Assembly: GCF_000315625.1 (NCBI RefSeq) | Contig: NW_005434636.1 | Location: 62,001 to 126,000 of the forward strand | Direction of reading: 5' to 3' | Source: Guillardia theta CCMP2712 | Lineage: Eukaryota > Protista > Cryptophyta | Length of the DNA: 64,000 bases | Shown here: in pieces, positions 44,100-57,436 of the stretch | Layout of the letters: each line of letters begins with the position of its first letter | Numbering within the stretch: the stretch's first letter is position 1 | Position numbers and translations under genes: made by a program | The notes under the pieces: model-generated | What the model saw: the letters and a program-made list of their open reading frames with translations, nothing else | Databases searched by the model: none | Told to the model about the DNA's origin: nothing

Positions 44100-44999
44100 A
44101 ATCATTCAGAGTGAATAAACGCCTGCGACTCCGCATACCTGGACACGAGTTGTTTTACAATGGCTTGACTGGCTGCGTCGATAGGAAGCGACCCGCCACA
44201 TGCTAGCTCGGTGACCTGCCCTGCTGGTTACTTCATCGCAAGACATGAGGAGAAAGGTACCAGCGTGGCGATACAGGTCGTGCTCCACATGGTGTAGATC
44301 TCCATCACCTTGCTAACTGTGAGCAGTGTGCATGATCGAGCCTCAGGGCCCTTGTTACCGTCAGAATGACTCCGACCAGGCAGATGACAGCAGTGATGAC
44401 ATCTAAGAGGATGGAAGAGACTATGCCATACTTCCAATCAAAGCACCTTGAAAGCTTCAGCTCTTAACCCAGCACTTGTGATCGGATCTCACAAATGATG
44501 CGCTGGATTCTCATGGACAAGAACATTCTTGGAAACACAGAACGTGTTCCTACCTAGGAAGAACAAAGCAGCAGATATCTATCTTGATCGTCATGAACCA
44601 TGATATAACAGCAAAAGCATACCGCAAGAATACCCTGCATGAGCTGGAAGTAGTAGATTGATTTGTCCATGATGTTGAATGTCATGGTACCAGCTTTTGT
44701 CGCCACCTGCCGATAGTGCTGTCACATGCTTCGCCTGAAGCTCAGAGATGAATACATCGATAGGAAGAAACCGTTGAGAAAACATGTCAAACACGATCCA
44801 GCTGCAGAAGGAGATGAGTCCAACGAAGAAGTGCAGGGTCTGAAACGTCGGGTCAACAACTCTGGTTGACAGAGCAAGGACATGTTCACATGGTATTTCT
44901 CGAGCTGCTTGGACGACGCCATCTTCAGTCTATCTCTTCATGCTTCAGCCGCTCTCATCCTCCAGCGTCTCCTCCACCTCTCCGCCTTTCCCCCGCCAT
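44100..44999 (-). CDS. Hypothetical small multi-pass membrane protein (boundaries approximate)
   Basis: Hydrophobic exon fragments (LHFFVGLISFCSWIVF; ILAVCFCCYIMV; IVSSILLDVITAVICL) separated by intron-like segments. Confidence 0.4.
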
Positions 45000-45247
45000 G
45001 TCTGTTGGCGCCAACCGCTGCCAGGACCTAGCATGGACCACCCCTTCGAAACCGACTACCCCAAATTTCATTGTAAGTGGACCCCTTCCTGTTTCCGACT
45101 CCCCCAAGCCCCTTCGTACAAGACCCGAACATCCTGCCGTCCTCCCGTCCTCCCGTCCTCCCGTCTTCGTTTCCTTCTTCGTTCTTCTTACCTTCTCTCC
45201 CCTGCCCATCGTCAACATTGAAAGTTATCTGTCACCTTGAGTTCGGG

Positions 45248-46460
45248 ATGGAAGGCGTCAACCCGCGGTTCATGGAGCGCGCGTACGGGGAATTCGTGAA
45301 CATGTCGCCTCGAACATGGAAGCGGAAGCTGGAGACCATAGGGCTCGGGCGATACTTCTCATTGTTCTACAGGGATGCCAAGTCTGTGGTCGACTCCTTC
45401 GATGACGGCAGCATCGAACTGCCGTTGCCGATCCATGAGCTGATGCCGTGGAAAGCCATGGCGGCAGAGCGACAGGTGGAGTCTGAAGAGAGAATTGCTG
45501 GAGTCTTGATTCCATGGTTCAGCATGAAGACATCAACGCGCGGGAACCTCTGGTGCAGACAGACTTGGCGTCCTTTATAGACAGCTTGCAGACCATGTTC
45601 GACGCGACCAGGAGAAGGTGCATGCTCGAGGGTGTTCTATGTCAGGCCTGACGAGGACCTTTAGGGAGGGCGGAGAGGTTAGAGAGATCAATGCAGCAAC
45701 TTTCGTGGACATGGTGATGAAGTCTACCTCTGTTGGGACCAGCCATGTGTTGGACGATCACACCGGCGATGATCAGCTGCTAATGTACCTACTGTGCTCC
45801 AGCCCTCCGTGCCTCCCTGATGCTCTGCTGCAGGATGGATCGCTTGCAAGTGTCGGCGGCAGAACGGAGACGAGACTCAACATACTTCGAGAGCAATCAC
45901 ATGAAAATAGACAAAAACGCCTTTCGAAGTTTCGGGGTTTACAATGGAGAAGTTCTGTGCGGCAGACTTGAGGTGTAAGAGTTTGCGGGGTTGGCCCCAT
46001 TGAAGCTGCTCCTGCAGGAACGTCCCGGAGCAGTGGAGATAGTCGATGAGCACGACAAAGTGGATAGTTTGAAACCTGTGAAGCGTCTCGAGACAAGATA
46101 TGTCACTGGGAGAATCCATGACATCTACAGGTAAGAGCACCGTATCCAGTCGCTGCCTCAGTGCATTTGAACAGTCGGAATACTATCATCAGCATCATAA
46201 CGAGCAGCAAGGGCTTCAACCATCTGTTAGACGTAGACTGGTGTTCCCCATTGCCATGTGAATGAGTATGCTCCAGAATCTGATCCGTTCGGGGTTTGAT
46301 CTCAACTTCAACATCGCCAAAGGCAGCAGAGTCTCTCGGTAGTCTGAGCATCTCAAGTCCAGTGTGACGCTGACGGGAAGTCAGATGCTGGCGAATCACC
46401 TCTGAAGATACGCCAATAGGAGCGATCTGGGATAGTCCTGGGACTTACAGCTGTCTGAAG
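45248..46460 (+). CDS. Hypothetical protein, multi-exon (3' end uncertain)
   Basis: Coding-like first exon MEGVNPRFMERAYGEF...; the segment LETIGLGRYFSLF is weakly SAM-like. Confidence 0.35.
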
Positions 46461-46769
46461 TGAGAGGCTGAACATGAGGGCGGGTAGGGGATGACTAGGC
46501 CTAAAGGTGGCAAGTTCAATCACAGAACGAGTCTTGGGGTACTGTCTGCATGTACATCAGCGAATTCAGCGACACGTTCAAAATGCAATGAAGCGACGAT
46601 GATGTATTCGAGCTGACTCGACCCTGCAGGTGCTGGGATGCGTTTCGAAACAGCAGAAACAGCTCAGACATGCGAAGGTACTTGATGGAGCTCGGGTTCT
46701 TAACATCCCCTGTGTATTACAAGGCAAACTCTTGCGACCTCGACTCCACCAAGGGAAAGTTGGACAAGA

Positions 46770-49700
46770 TCAAAATGAGATGAATTCCGACGTCTCATCC
46801 GAATCTTTCAGCTCGACCAGCGCTCGTTCATTTTCCTGCAAATATTTCAGCGTATGGAGCAGGAGAGATTGAAACATAGAATACATTCATCTGCTGCTGC
46901 TGTAGGCGCTTCCTTGCGTCCTCGGCCACTCCCTCTTCAACCTGGCGCTGTACGTTTGTCAGAGGGGAGACGGACAGGAGCGTCGGAGCTCACTCGTTTC
47001 TCCTCCTCATCTCGCTCCATCTGACTGATTTCAGACATGCTGACTTCTTCTGGAGGTAGCCCCCGCCTAGTAGCGAGTCAGTGCAGCAGCAGCGGCAGCG
47101 GCAGCGGCAGCAGCAGCAGCAGCAAGAAAACTCACTCATCTGCGACTTTTCTCTGAAGGTGCAGCATGTATGAGACTCTCGACATACTGTATCCACACAT
47201 GTCCGCCTCCGTCTCGTTCAGCCGTATCGATCCATTCTCCCCCCGGATGAATAGGGGATCATCAAAGATCATAAACAGGCTCTTCCTGCTTTCTTCATCT
47301 GGCACGAGCTTCACTGTTGTGGGATATTCTCGGTCTGCTGTAAGTTTGGCTTCCTCCTTGACCTGGGTACAAGTCAGGGAGTGGAGATTTGAAATCAAAG
47401 GCAGACCCTTTGAGAAGTGCGATAATCGACGAGCAGCTTTTGAACTCTTCCCTGCGTCATATTGTCAATTAGACTGACGGCAGTCCCACACGTCTTCATA
47501 CCTCTGGAACTATCCAATCGAAGTGTTTTTCTTTGATCGCATTGCAAATCCTCCGGAGCCCGTGATTCGGGTTGTCCCTTTTCAAGCCTTCAACTTCTGC
47601 CCGAAGTTCCTTGAAATTTAAAACTCAGCAGAGTCATGATAGAAAAAGGGCAAATGTGTATGAGGAGAAGAGAATGGAACAGGAAGGAGGAGGAGGAGGA
47701 GGAGGAGGAGGAGGAATTACCTCCATGATAGGGACTCTCTTTGGTTTGTCCATGAGCGCTTTCTTTTCGTTTTCTGTCAGCAGTTCTGATGTCATTGCTT
47801 GCTTTCTGTCCGTCAATCTCCTCGTCCGTTCAAGGTCCTCGTCTTTCTCCGCCATCTCCTTTTCCAGCGTTCGCAAGATGGCACCCTATGTAAAGTCAAC
47901 GGATGTGCTCGGACGGAAGAAGTAGAGGAACGCAAACCTTCTCTTTGCTTGCTTGTACCAAGTCAGCCTCCCAGTCAACTAAAGTTTCAATGCCGTCCCT
48001 GTCCATTTCCGAGGTCTCCGAGGCAGTCTCGCTCTCCACGTAGGACTCATTCTTGATCTCTGTCTTGAGGCGCAGAGATCTCCGAATGAACTGAGTCATG
48101 TTGTCATCCCCGTACTCCACTCCGCTCTTGATGACGTGGAGGGCTCCGGCATGAATCGCGTAGTCATCGTCGAGGACGTTGGCGATGGCAAGAGACACAA
48201 AAAACCTCATGTCTGCTTCATCCATCTCAGAAATCTCCTGCATGCTGACAGCTGAGACAAGACATCCTCTTCGTCTTGCAATGACCCGGCGGAAGATTTC
48301 ATGTCTCTCCTCTTTGCGTGCACTGTTACACAGCAAAACTCCCCGACGCCACAGCTCGTCGTTGATCCTCTGCAAGCCCTTGAACTTCAGGTTCACATTG
48401 TCACTCTGCATCAACTGTATGATCTTGTTCTTCGCCTTCTCCTCCTCTTGCAGCTGCTCATCGAGATCGTCTGCCTCTATCTTCAAGTCCTCCTCGTGAT
48501 CCAACTGGTTCCTGTACGCCATGAGCAGCCTCGCCTCGTCCATCGTGTGTATGAAGCAATTGGCCGTCTCCCCAGCTTCTCGGATCAGCGGCCGCAGATC
48601 ACCGTTAAGGTGGAAGGGAAGGGCGCGGTATTCGTCGGGATCTCGATTGAAATTTGGGTTCATCGTAGCGAGCACGTGGGGGAGGGGAAGTTCCTGTATC
48701 CTCAAGTGCGTGTGCATTGGAAAGTCTTCCTCCTCATTGATAGCGTCAAAGTTCTGCTTGATCTGCAGATGCTCCACTGGGAATATCCTTTCTGACATTA
48801 ACGACAGCGCACGACTGAAGTGGTCTCGACACTTTCGATATTGCAATTGAATCCAAGAATGGTATGGGATGTCCATTTCAGTATCAGACGGCATCTCGCT
48901 CTCGCTGTCATTCATCAGCTCCTTCTCATCTGTGTGGAACTCCGGATCTGATCGAAACATGCTCCTGCAACAACGAGATATCGTCATCACCGCGTGTAGA
49001 AACAGAACAGTTCTCACATGTAGATCTTTCTGATGCGCAAGCATGCAATGTTGTTCTCAGCAATAGCCGTGTAGATTGATGGAAGATGTTGCATTTCAAC
49101 AGCCTGCAGAAAAGCAACATGAGCATGAGGTAGAAGGGTGATTGAAGGATACATCATCAGTCTCGATTGAATTCGCATAGTGTCGCAAGGCGATTGTATA
49201 GTCCTTCCACATGCTCTTGGCCAACTTCTCGTTCTCTTTACACAGGAAGGAAACATTCCATGGTGACTGACGGAGATTCCTGGTATCACTGACAACAGCA
49301 AACATATGGTTGACTAGCTTGTTGTAGTCGCTGGCCCACTTCGACACCAAGACATTAGCTATACGCATGCTGGTGTGCACGTTCAAGACGAGGTTGGTGG
49401 ATCGATCAAGAGACTGAAGTGCAGCGAGATTGAGCTCCAGGGATCTTTCACGCAACCTCGAGCAGATCGACTCATCCCCCAAGTCAGGCTTTTGCAAGGC
49501 TGACGCTCCCATGCCTTGTACAGCTTTGGTGACATCATCAATGCCGTTGCTCCTGATCCACTGCAACGAGCCTGATCGAGGAGTGCAGGCGAGGAGGGCG
49601 ACATGAACAGCCTGCAACTCCTGCAGGCTTGAGGACGAGCAGCTCAGAAAGACAGGATCCTGACAGATCTCCGCCATGCAAAGGTGAACGCTCGCGCTGA

Positions 49701-52700
49701 GCGAAGAAGAGGACGAGGAGGAGAATGAGAGCATAGGAGATTTGGGATCAAGAACGAACCCAATGCTGGGTTCAAAGGAACTGCAAGAACGAGATGGTTG
49801 AGATGAGAAGAGGAAATCAGACAAACTCACATGTCATGCTTGCACAACATTTCAGATAGAAGCGAGATGGACTGGAGAAGATGCTTCAGGGCATGGTCGA
49901 GGTTTAGAAGTCGAGATCCCTTGATCCTGCAGGAATATGCTCGTCCTAGCAAGAAGTGGAACTGAAAACATCTGAGAGACAAGCGACTTATCATCATCGA
50001 GATACTACACAAGAACAAGTCTAACCTGATCAAGTTTTCCTTCCTGTCCAGCGTCTGCAGCACTTGCGTGCAGACAGAGATGACGTCATCGACCTCGTTG
50101 CTGGGGTCTCCTTGTCGGTGAGAGGTGAAGATGAGACGTTTAGGCATGTGGAGTCCAATCAAACACAAGCAGAGCTGAGCATAGTGCGCCACGTTCTGAT
50201 CCTCCGCATCGCCGACGGAGAGACACTTGTGGAAATGTCTTCTGGCTCGGTCCAACAGCGGAAAGTTGAGGTCTTGCATACCTCCATTCCAGGGTCGCTC
50301 GGTGAAAGGATCTCGGATGAACTTCTTCGCATTTTTCGTGGCGCATGCCATGTACTTCTTCCTGAACAAATTGAAGGCGAAGGAGCCCATGGGAAAATTT
50401 CTCTCGTTCTCGAGAGCAGCGAGCAGGCAGGCTTCCCCGTACATCACATGCGCTCTCCTCCACTCAAATGCGTTTTTCTCTCTTGACAGAAAGCGAAGCG
50501 CTTGCCTGACATGATGGCAGATGCTTGACATGCAAGCTTGATCGCCCAGCTTCCATGAGAGGAGGTGAGCTTCGGCGAGACGGAGGTGGCAGCGGGACCA
50601 GCACACGTTCCCTCCCTCCCACTGGTCGATCGAGCGGGTGACGAGGAGACCCGAGTAGTGATCTGATTCCTCGTCACAAACAACATGACGGCACATGAGC
50701 TCAAGTATCACCGATCAGATCGTCCAGCGTCAGTTCCGACGAGGATTCGCGGAGGAGGATGCGGAGAGTCTGAATGTGAAGTTGCCTCCGCTTGTCCCTG
50801 GTCTCCCTATTCGATGGAAGCATTTCCAACGCCTTGGCTCGGTACATCAGAACCATCGAAACCTCAATGCTAGCACGGACATTACCTCTTGCAAACATCT
50901 CAAGGCCTTTCTTTTCTCTATCAGGTATGCGTCTGAGACTTGATCCTATAATCGAAACGCGTCAGCTGACATGAACTTTATCCATCAAATTCACCTTCCG
51001 ATACACAAACATTCTGTCCTCATGGAACTCGGACAATCTCTGCAAGATCACAACTTGCATGCTGTCCACGTCCAGGTTCCAGATACCTTCACTCCAGACC
51101 TTGCTGTTGACAAGAAGAATCAAAGTAGAATCGATTCAATTGACACGTCATCAGTCAGTCATCTGTCGAAAATAGGAATGCATCGCATCATCTCTAGAAT
51201 ATCAGCAAGTGGTCATCCGCATGCAAAATATGTACACTACGATGTTTGCGTAGTTTCAACAACAAGGACCTGAATGCTTTCATTCTCGTTGACATTTTGT
51301 CGACGGCAAATCGCAAGTGATCCGTGGCAAGTTGATGATGAGACATCATGTCTTCCACTTCCATGTCATGGCGAGTCTGGTCCATGCGAGAAGGGAGTTT
51401 GACACTCATTAGATGGCATACAGGATTGTCTTTGTGAATGCAGTTGGATCGGCCCAAGATCTTGCAAAGACAATTGAAGTCCTCACATTCCACTTCTGAT
51501 ACTTCTTGAAAGGTTCGAGATAACAACTTGTGAAGCAATCTTTGAAACAAAAGATCATGGTATAACGCAAGAACTTGGTGCGACTTTAAAGCCTCCTTGA
51601 GTACAATCGGTCTGTCCAATTCTACATCTTCGAAGCACGAACAGCACTTCTCCATATATGCCCTTGCTTCGTGCAACAAAGCGTCTCTTGTCTCACAATC
51701 TTCCATCACCAATCTTCTCATCGCTTCCGAACTTGCATTGATATTCTTGATGACGCTCCTCCATTGTAAGAATTTGAACAATCCTATCCTTCTCTCGAAG
51801 AAGCATCGTTCAAGAGAGGTTGGGTCTAACAAATCTGTTGCATTCTCATACACTGAGATGGCTTTCTGCAAGTTGGTAAACCCATCACCCTCTTTGCTTT
51901 TCCTCAACAAGTATCCCAATCGCAACGATATCCTGAGGGATCTCTGCAAAGAGCGGGTCGGCGGAGAAGAGTCAAGTACCTTCTCATATAAATGAATCGC
52001 CATGTTCGAGTGGTTTCTTCGCACGCAAGTATCATTCTCCCATCTCGACAACACGTCGTACGCTGTAGCCATCTTGAACCACAGACTGACCACTGTATCA
52101 TGATTGCTGCTTTCTACCACCTCGTCCAGGACAAGCAGGCCGTGATGTAACACTTGCCTCGCTATCTCCTCCTCGTCGGCCAACAAGGAGGAAAATGCAT
52201 CGACCAACCCGAGGTTCAAAGTCATCCAAGTCGACAGCTGCTCCTCTCTTGAAAAGAAGGCAAGAGCGTTCTGGAGGTGAGAAATCGCCGTCTGAAGGTT
52301 CGTTCTCCGAGCTCCCTTCTTGCGCTGTGAGTAGGACATTCCCTGCCGTACGTTGTCAACATCACAAAGTCTTCGCGGTTGTCACTCAAGATAATCAGGT
52401 CGATCATCATTGCATCACATGTCAACTCAGCAATACAAAACCTGCATTCGAACACGGAATGCTTGAGCACAACAATCATCCATCATTGCCGTCACCATAG
52501 GAATGCAACACACAACTCGTCGCTTCTCACCAGACTTGCTTGGATCCTTCCCCACTGCTCCTCATGCTTGCTCACGTTGTACACCTTGATCGCATTCCTC
52601 CAGCATCGGATCGCGTGCTCCACGTTCTCAGATCTCACTCCTCCATCTCTGCTCAAGTAAACCTTGGCGAGGATGTCGTGTACCCTGGCCCATGCAAGAG

Positions 52701-55267
52701 GATGTGAGTTCTTCCTGTACACCTCCAGCGCCTGGTTGCAGCTGTCGATCGCCATCTCAAGGTTCTTGGACTTCTCTCCATTCACTCTGTTCGTGTAGGC
52801 CTCCCCAAGATGCACATGCGTCGCTGCCCAAAGCTGCGGGAAATCTTTGCGGCTGAAGACTCGCAGCGCCTGCCAATGATGGGAGATGGCAAGTTCCAGC
52901 AAGTCCCCTCGATTTCCTCCCTGCTGGCTCGCCAGGACCCACCCCAGGGTACACTGAGCCCGGGCCCACATCTCAGGGAAAGTTTCTATAGTGAAGAAGG
53001 ACAGGGCACTCTCGCAGTGTCCCCGGGCACTGGCGAGGTTGAGCGTGCGGTTCCCCTCGATTCTTGAGACGAAGCATTCCGCCATCTGATAGTTGAGCTT
53101 CGCCCATTCCTTGGGGTGTACCGTTTTGTTGATGACAGACAGAGCGTCGCTGAAGTGGGAGAGGGCCGCTTCCAAGTCGCTGCTACGTGACGACGAGATT
53201 CTCTCGCACATGGCGGTTCCCAGCCCAATCTTGGCGTCCAAGTAATCTTGTGATGTGTTCCTATGCTGGAAGAAAGAGAGTGATTGATTGAAATGGTCAA
53301 TCGCCTCTTCTATCATCTCCTGCGATTTAGATTCAACCTGAGTCTGATAGCTTGTGACCTTTGTTGTGCCCAACTTGAGCTGAATGACAGCCCAACTCTC
53401 CGTCCTGTTGTGTTCTGCATACACCTCGAGGGCAGTCGAATAAGCTTTCAGAGATTGTTGCAAGAGCTGCGATGTAGATGCTTCAGACTCGACTTTGGAG
53501 TATTCGATGATCTTCAGACACACGTTAGCAATGTAGGTATTAATCTCCGCATAACGGATAGGATGAGCTGATTTATGATAAACACTGAGGGACTCATTGT
53601 AGTTCTGTAATGCGTTGAACCCTGGGAACAATCTTGCAGCAGAAATCGTTTGCATCCATGCATCAGCTATGGCTATGTGTACCTCCGCCCAGTCCTGCAT
53701 TGCCCCCAACATCTGGTAAATCTCCAGGGTCGCCTTGAGGTGATTGATAGCATTCTCAATATTCAGAAACTTTTCTCCACTTTGTTTCATGAGCAGCCGC
53801 ATGCCGAGAAGTCGCTGCGCTTTCACCCAGTCGTGGGGATAGCTTTCAGCTGTAAACCCTGGGACCTGCACAGCAGTCAGTATCATGGGCACACAAACAA
53901 CATGGGAACAGATAAGAGTTCAAGCGACTTCTGCCTGCCTGTTTAGCAGACTTGCAGCAAGACAGACACATAGACAGAGAGACTGTAGCTTTCCTGCAAG
54001 GCTGCTTCGAAACAAGAGATAGCTCTGTCTTGGCTCCATGATATATCTCCTACTTTCTTCAGACCGTATGCCTCCCCGAGCAGAACATAGGTTCGCGCGA
54101 GGGATTCATACAAACGCTCAACCCCAAAGATCTGTTATGATAAAGTCATATAAATCCACCAAAGTGAATTTAGCATACCTGAATCGAAAGCTCGAAGTGC
54201 TGAATGGAAAAATCTCCGAACATGAACTCTTGTTTGGGGTATTGCTTTCCCGACATGATGGACATCTCTTGCCGAAAGATGTGCGAGAGTTCCTCCCTGC
54301 CGATGACGTCTACGTGTTTCTCTAGCAAGAGCAAAGACTTTGCAAGCTTCTCATGAGCTTTTCCACATTGACTAGGGAATCTGCTCCTGGTGTAGATTGA
54401 TAGTGAAGAGTTGAAATGGAAAATTGCTCTGATGTTGTTTCTCTGCTGATCGCCATGGGTCTGTTCTTGATATGCCATGCCGAGTGAATGGTGTACAGCT
54501 CCCCATGCTTCGGAGTGATCTGGCGTGATGACTTTGATCAGCATTTCCCAACCTTGAATTGCCAAGTCGATGTAAAGGTTCTCTCTGCCTGTCACGAAGA
54601 TAGCATAGAGCTGCGTGCATGCATTGTGAAGTGATTTTAGCTTGCTGGACATATGTCGAGGGTCGTGATCTATGAAGATCTCGTCCTTCAGGAACAATGC
54701 CCACAAGCCATTGACACTCGTGAAGTTGTGAAGGGGAGCTGAAGCGTCCCACACAGCATCTGCATCAAGTTCTCCAAATATGAACTTCCGGAAGATTGCA
54801 TAGCAGGCTTCCTTCTCCTGCTGGCTGGAGTTTTCTTCTTTCATGTGCTCCCTAAACGATGCTACGCCTTTATCGACAGCAGCCCCTCCTCGCTTCTCTT
54901 CAACTTCCTTGCCCTTCTTCGGCCTCCCGCCCCTCAAGGAAACCAAAGGATTCCTTCGTGCATGCTCTGACTCTACTCCAAGTTCCCTTCCTCTCCTGTA
55001 TTCTTTTGAGTGACATCTTTCTACCGTGGTGATTCCTCCGCAACCTGCTCTCCTGCACCGACCCACGTCCGGATCCCCCGATTCTTTCTTCCTGACTTTC
55101 CTGAACAACTGCAGTGTGGCTTCGGTCGTCAGTTCTGAGGATAGAACCGTCAGCATTTCCCGTGCGACATCTCGCTTGTCATAACTCTGCATAGCAGCAT
55201 CTTCTACTGGCGCCATCGTTGCCGCAATCCCAACTATCATCCATAGCGACCGCTGGCGCGCGTCCAT
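46770..55267 (-). CDS. Very large TPR-repeat protein with an N-terminal hydrophobic leader and LRGG motif (multi-exon; 3' end approximate; could be two genes)
   Basis: Chain of long minus-strand ORFs. ~46-aa repeats such as AISHHWQALRVFSRKDFPQLWAATHVHLGEAYTNRVNGEKSKNLEMAIDSC. C-terminal coiled-coil region. Confidence 0.8.
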
Positions 55268-55597
55268 GGTGGGCCCTCATACAGTCCAAATGGAAGCCTC
55301 ATCCTCATACCTTGAAAGGTTGAAATTGTAGGATCAAATTTCAACATTCCCCGCATATTTGAAACTTTTATGCGACACATGTTGGAAGTGGAAGATTGAA
55401 AGTATATCTGAAAATTTCAAAACATACAGAGATGTTTCTATCTGTTTCTGTGGGTGGTACCAGCCCGATGCGTAAAGGGGAATGAAAGCAAGTGAACGTA
55501 GAACGGAGAGAAGAGTTGATGAATACTCGGAGCAACAAGATGGAATAGAAGACAGAGTGAAATGAAGATCTCATATGTTTGCTGTCCTCCTGATTTT

Positions 55598-57263
55598 ATG
55601 TTGTTCATGCTCGATCTAACATGGCTGCGCACAGGAATTTTTACCATAGTGAATGCAAGGCATTTCTTGCGCCCATACAGTGGCTTCGAAACGATTTTTA
55701 ACTCTACAGAAGAAATGCATTAACCACATCAGAGTACTCTCTCGTCACGATGCCCGCCTCTGCCATGCTGGCGAAAGCGTAGATGTAATCAGAGTTCAGG
55801 CGAAATCCAGGTTACGAAACTGATTTTGCCCTGCTCAGGCCTATGGCAAGCTTTGTGCAGAAGAGATCGCAAAAAGTTTTAACGATCGGCTTCAATGCAA
55901 AGTCTTAGAAACGAAGGTGAAAACAATCATGAGCAGTCCTTTCAGTCATGATGAGGCGACTTTGTTTCTAGGCCCTCGGGATCAGCCCAAAGTTGCTTGG
56001 TATCATGGCAACAAAGAATCAAGCAGCGATGGACTATGCGCATGTGACGAAGTCTTTTTGTCATGTGTTGGACTGCTGTTGAACTGTGTTTCTTCAGTGG
56101 ACAGCAAGATCATGCTCCCAGAATGGGATAGATTTTCATGTGGTGGAAACTACCAAGTCTTCGGTCTTCGATGAAATACGTAAGGCGAATGGTGAGTGAT
56201 GTTTGCCCTCTCCCAGCCCCTTTTTCTTATTAGAAGCGTAGAGAATCCAAATGTCCATGGGATAATCTTCTACTATCCCTGCTTTGGACCAACACCAGGA
56301 CCGGAGTATGCACTTTTCTGCACAGTGTCGATACAATGACGTGCTGTGTCTCACCAGCGGGTCTTCGGATGAAGTAATAAGGGAAATGATATCAGTCAGA
56401 AAGGATGTAGAGGCGCTTTCTCAACCGTTGTCTACAACCTTCACATGATTACCTCCTGACGAAGTACTGTTGCACAGATACAGGGAAAGGTTGAAAATGA
56501 ACATCAGACTCTTGGATAGCCCTGTACTTGCTGCATATCTTTTTCTGATGCCCATTGAAATGTTTCGCAGTGTATGAGAAGATGGAGACGAAAGAGCTTG
56601 CTTCCTTGTACACCGCTGGCGGTTGTAAAGATTTTAGGTTTAACCCTTCCTGCTTTTCCTGAAACATTGATTCCTACCGACAGAATACCTCAAGATTCAT
56701 AATAGATGCCTACCTATCGGGTCTCGGATCAATGTAAGGATTAGTTTGTCTCAATTCCAATCTTCTGATAGCTTGCAAATCAGAACAAAACAATATCAGT
56801 CTTTAATCGGAGCGAAGTGGTCGGGCGGCCTCTAGCCTGCATGCTGGCCAACGATGGAGCAACTGTGTTCAGCGTAGACGACAAGGAGACCATGTTGGTC
56901 CAACCATGCTGTGAAGTGCCAACGGATCTAGAGTGCGAAGACGTGATCAAGTTGTCGGATGTTCTGGTGACAGGAGTTCCATGCAGCAAGTTTAAACTAC
57001 CTTGTGACCTCATTAGACCTGGGGCCACAATTATCAACCTTTCGTCCTTCAGCAATGTGGACGAAGAGAGGTTGTTGCAAGTGCCCAATGTGAGATACGT
57101 TCCCAAAGTGGGAAAAGTCACAGTGTGCATGCTCCAGAGAAACCTCCTGAAGCTTATCTATAACTTTCATCTCAACAAAGATCTCCCAGACAACCAGGAC
57201 TTGGAAGATGTTTTAGATCTAGAGCACAAAATAGAAATTCAATCGAAAAGTGTAATCCATTAA
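55598..57263 (+). CDS. MTD1: Methylenetetrahydrofolate dehydrogenase, NAD+-dependent Mtd1 type (FolD superfamily; start tentative)
   Basis: NRSEVVGRPLACMLANDGATVFSVD, VHGIIFYYP, KDVEAL, DVLVTGVP and VGKVTVCMLQRNL resemble yeast Mtd1 rather than bifunctional FolD. Confidence 0.88.
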
Positions 57264-57436
57264 AACAACAATTAGAAAGACATACTGTTGTAATATCAAT
57301 ACGATCACAGATAATGATACAATATGAAAACAAAGATGGAGATTTCAATAGATATGATTCAGGGCATCCAGGCCTTTCAAAGATCTTTTCCGGTCTTCAT
57401 GAACACCTTCACAAGCTCTTTTGCCGCCCATCTGCT

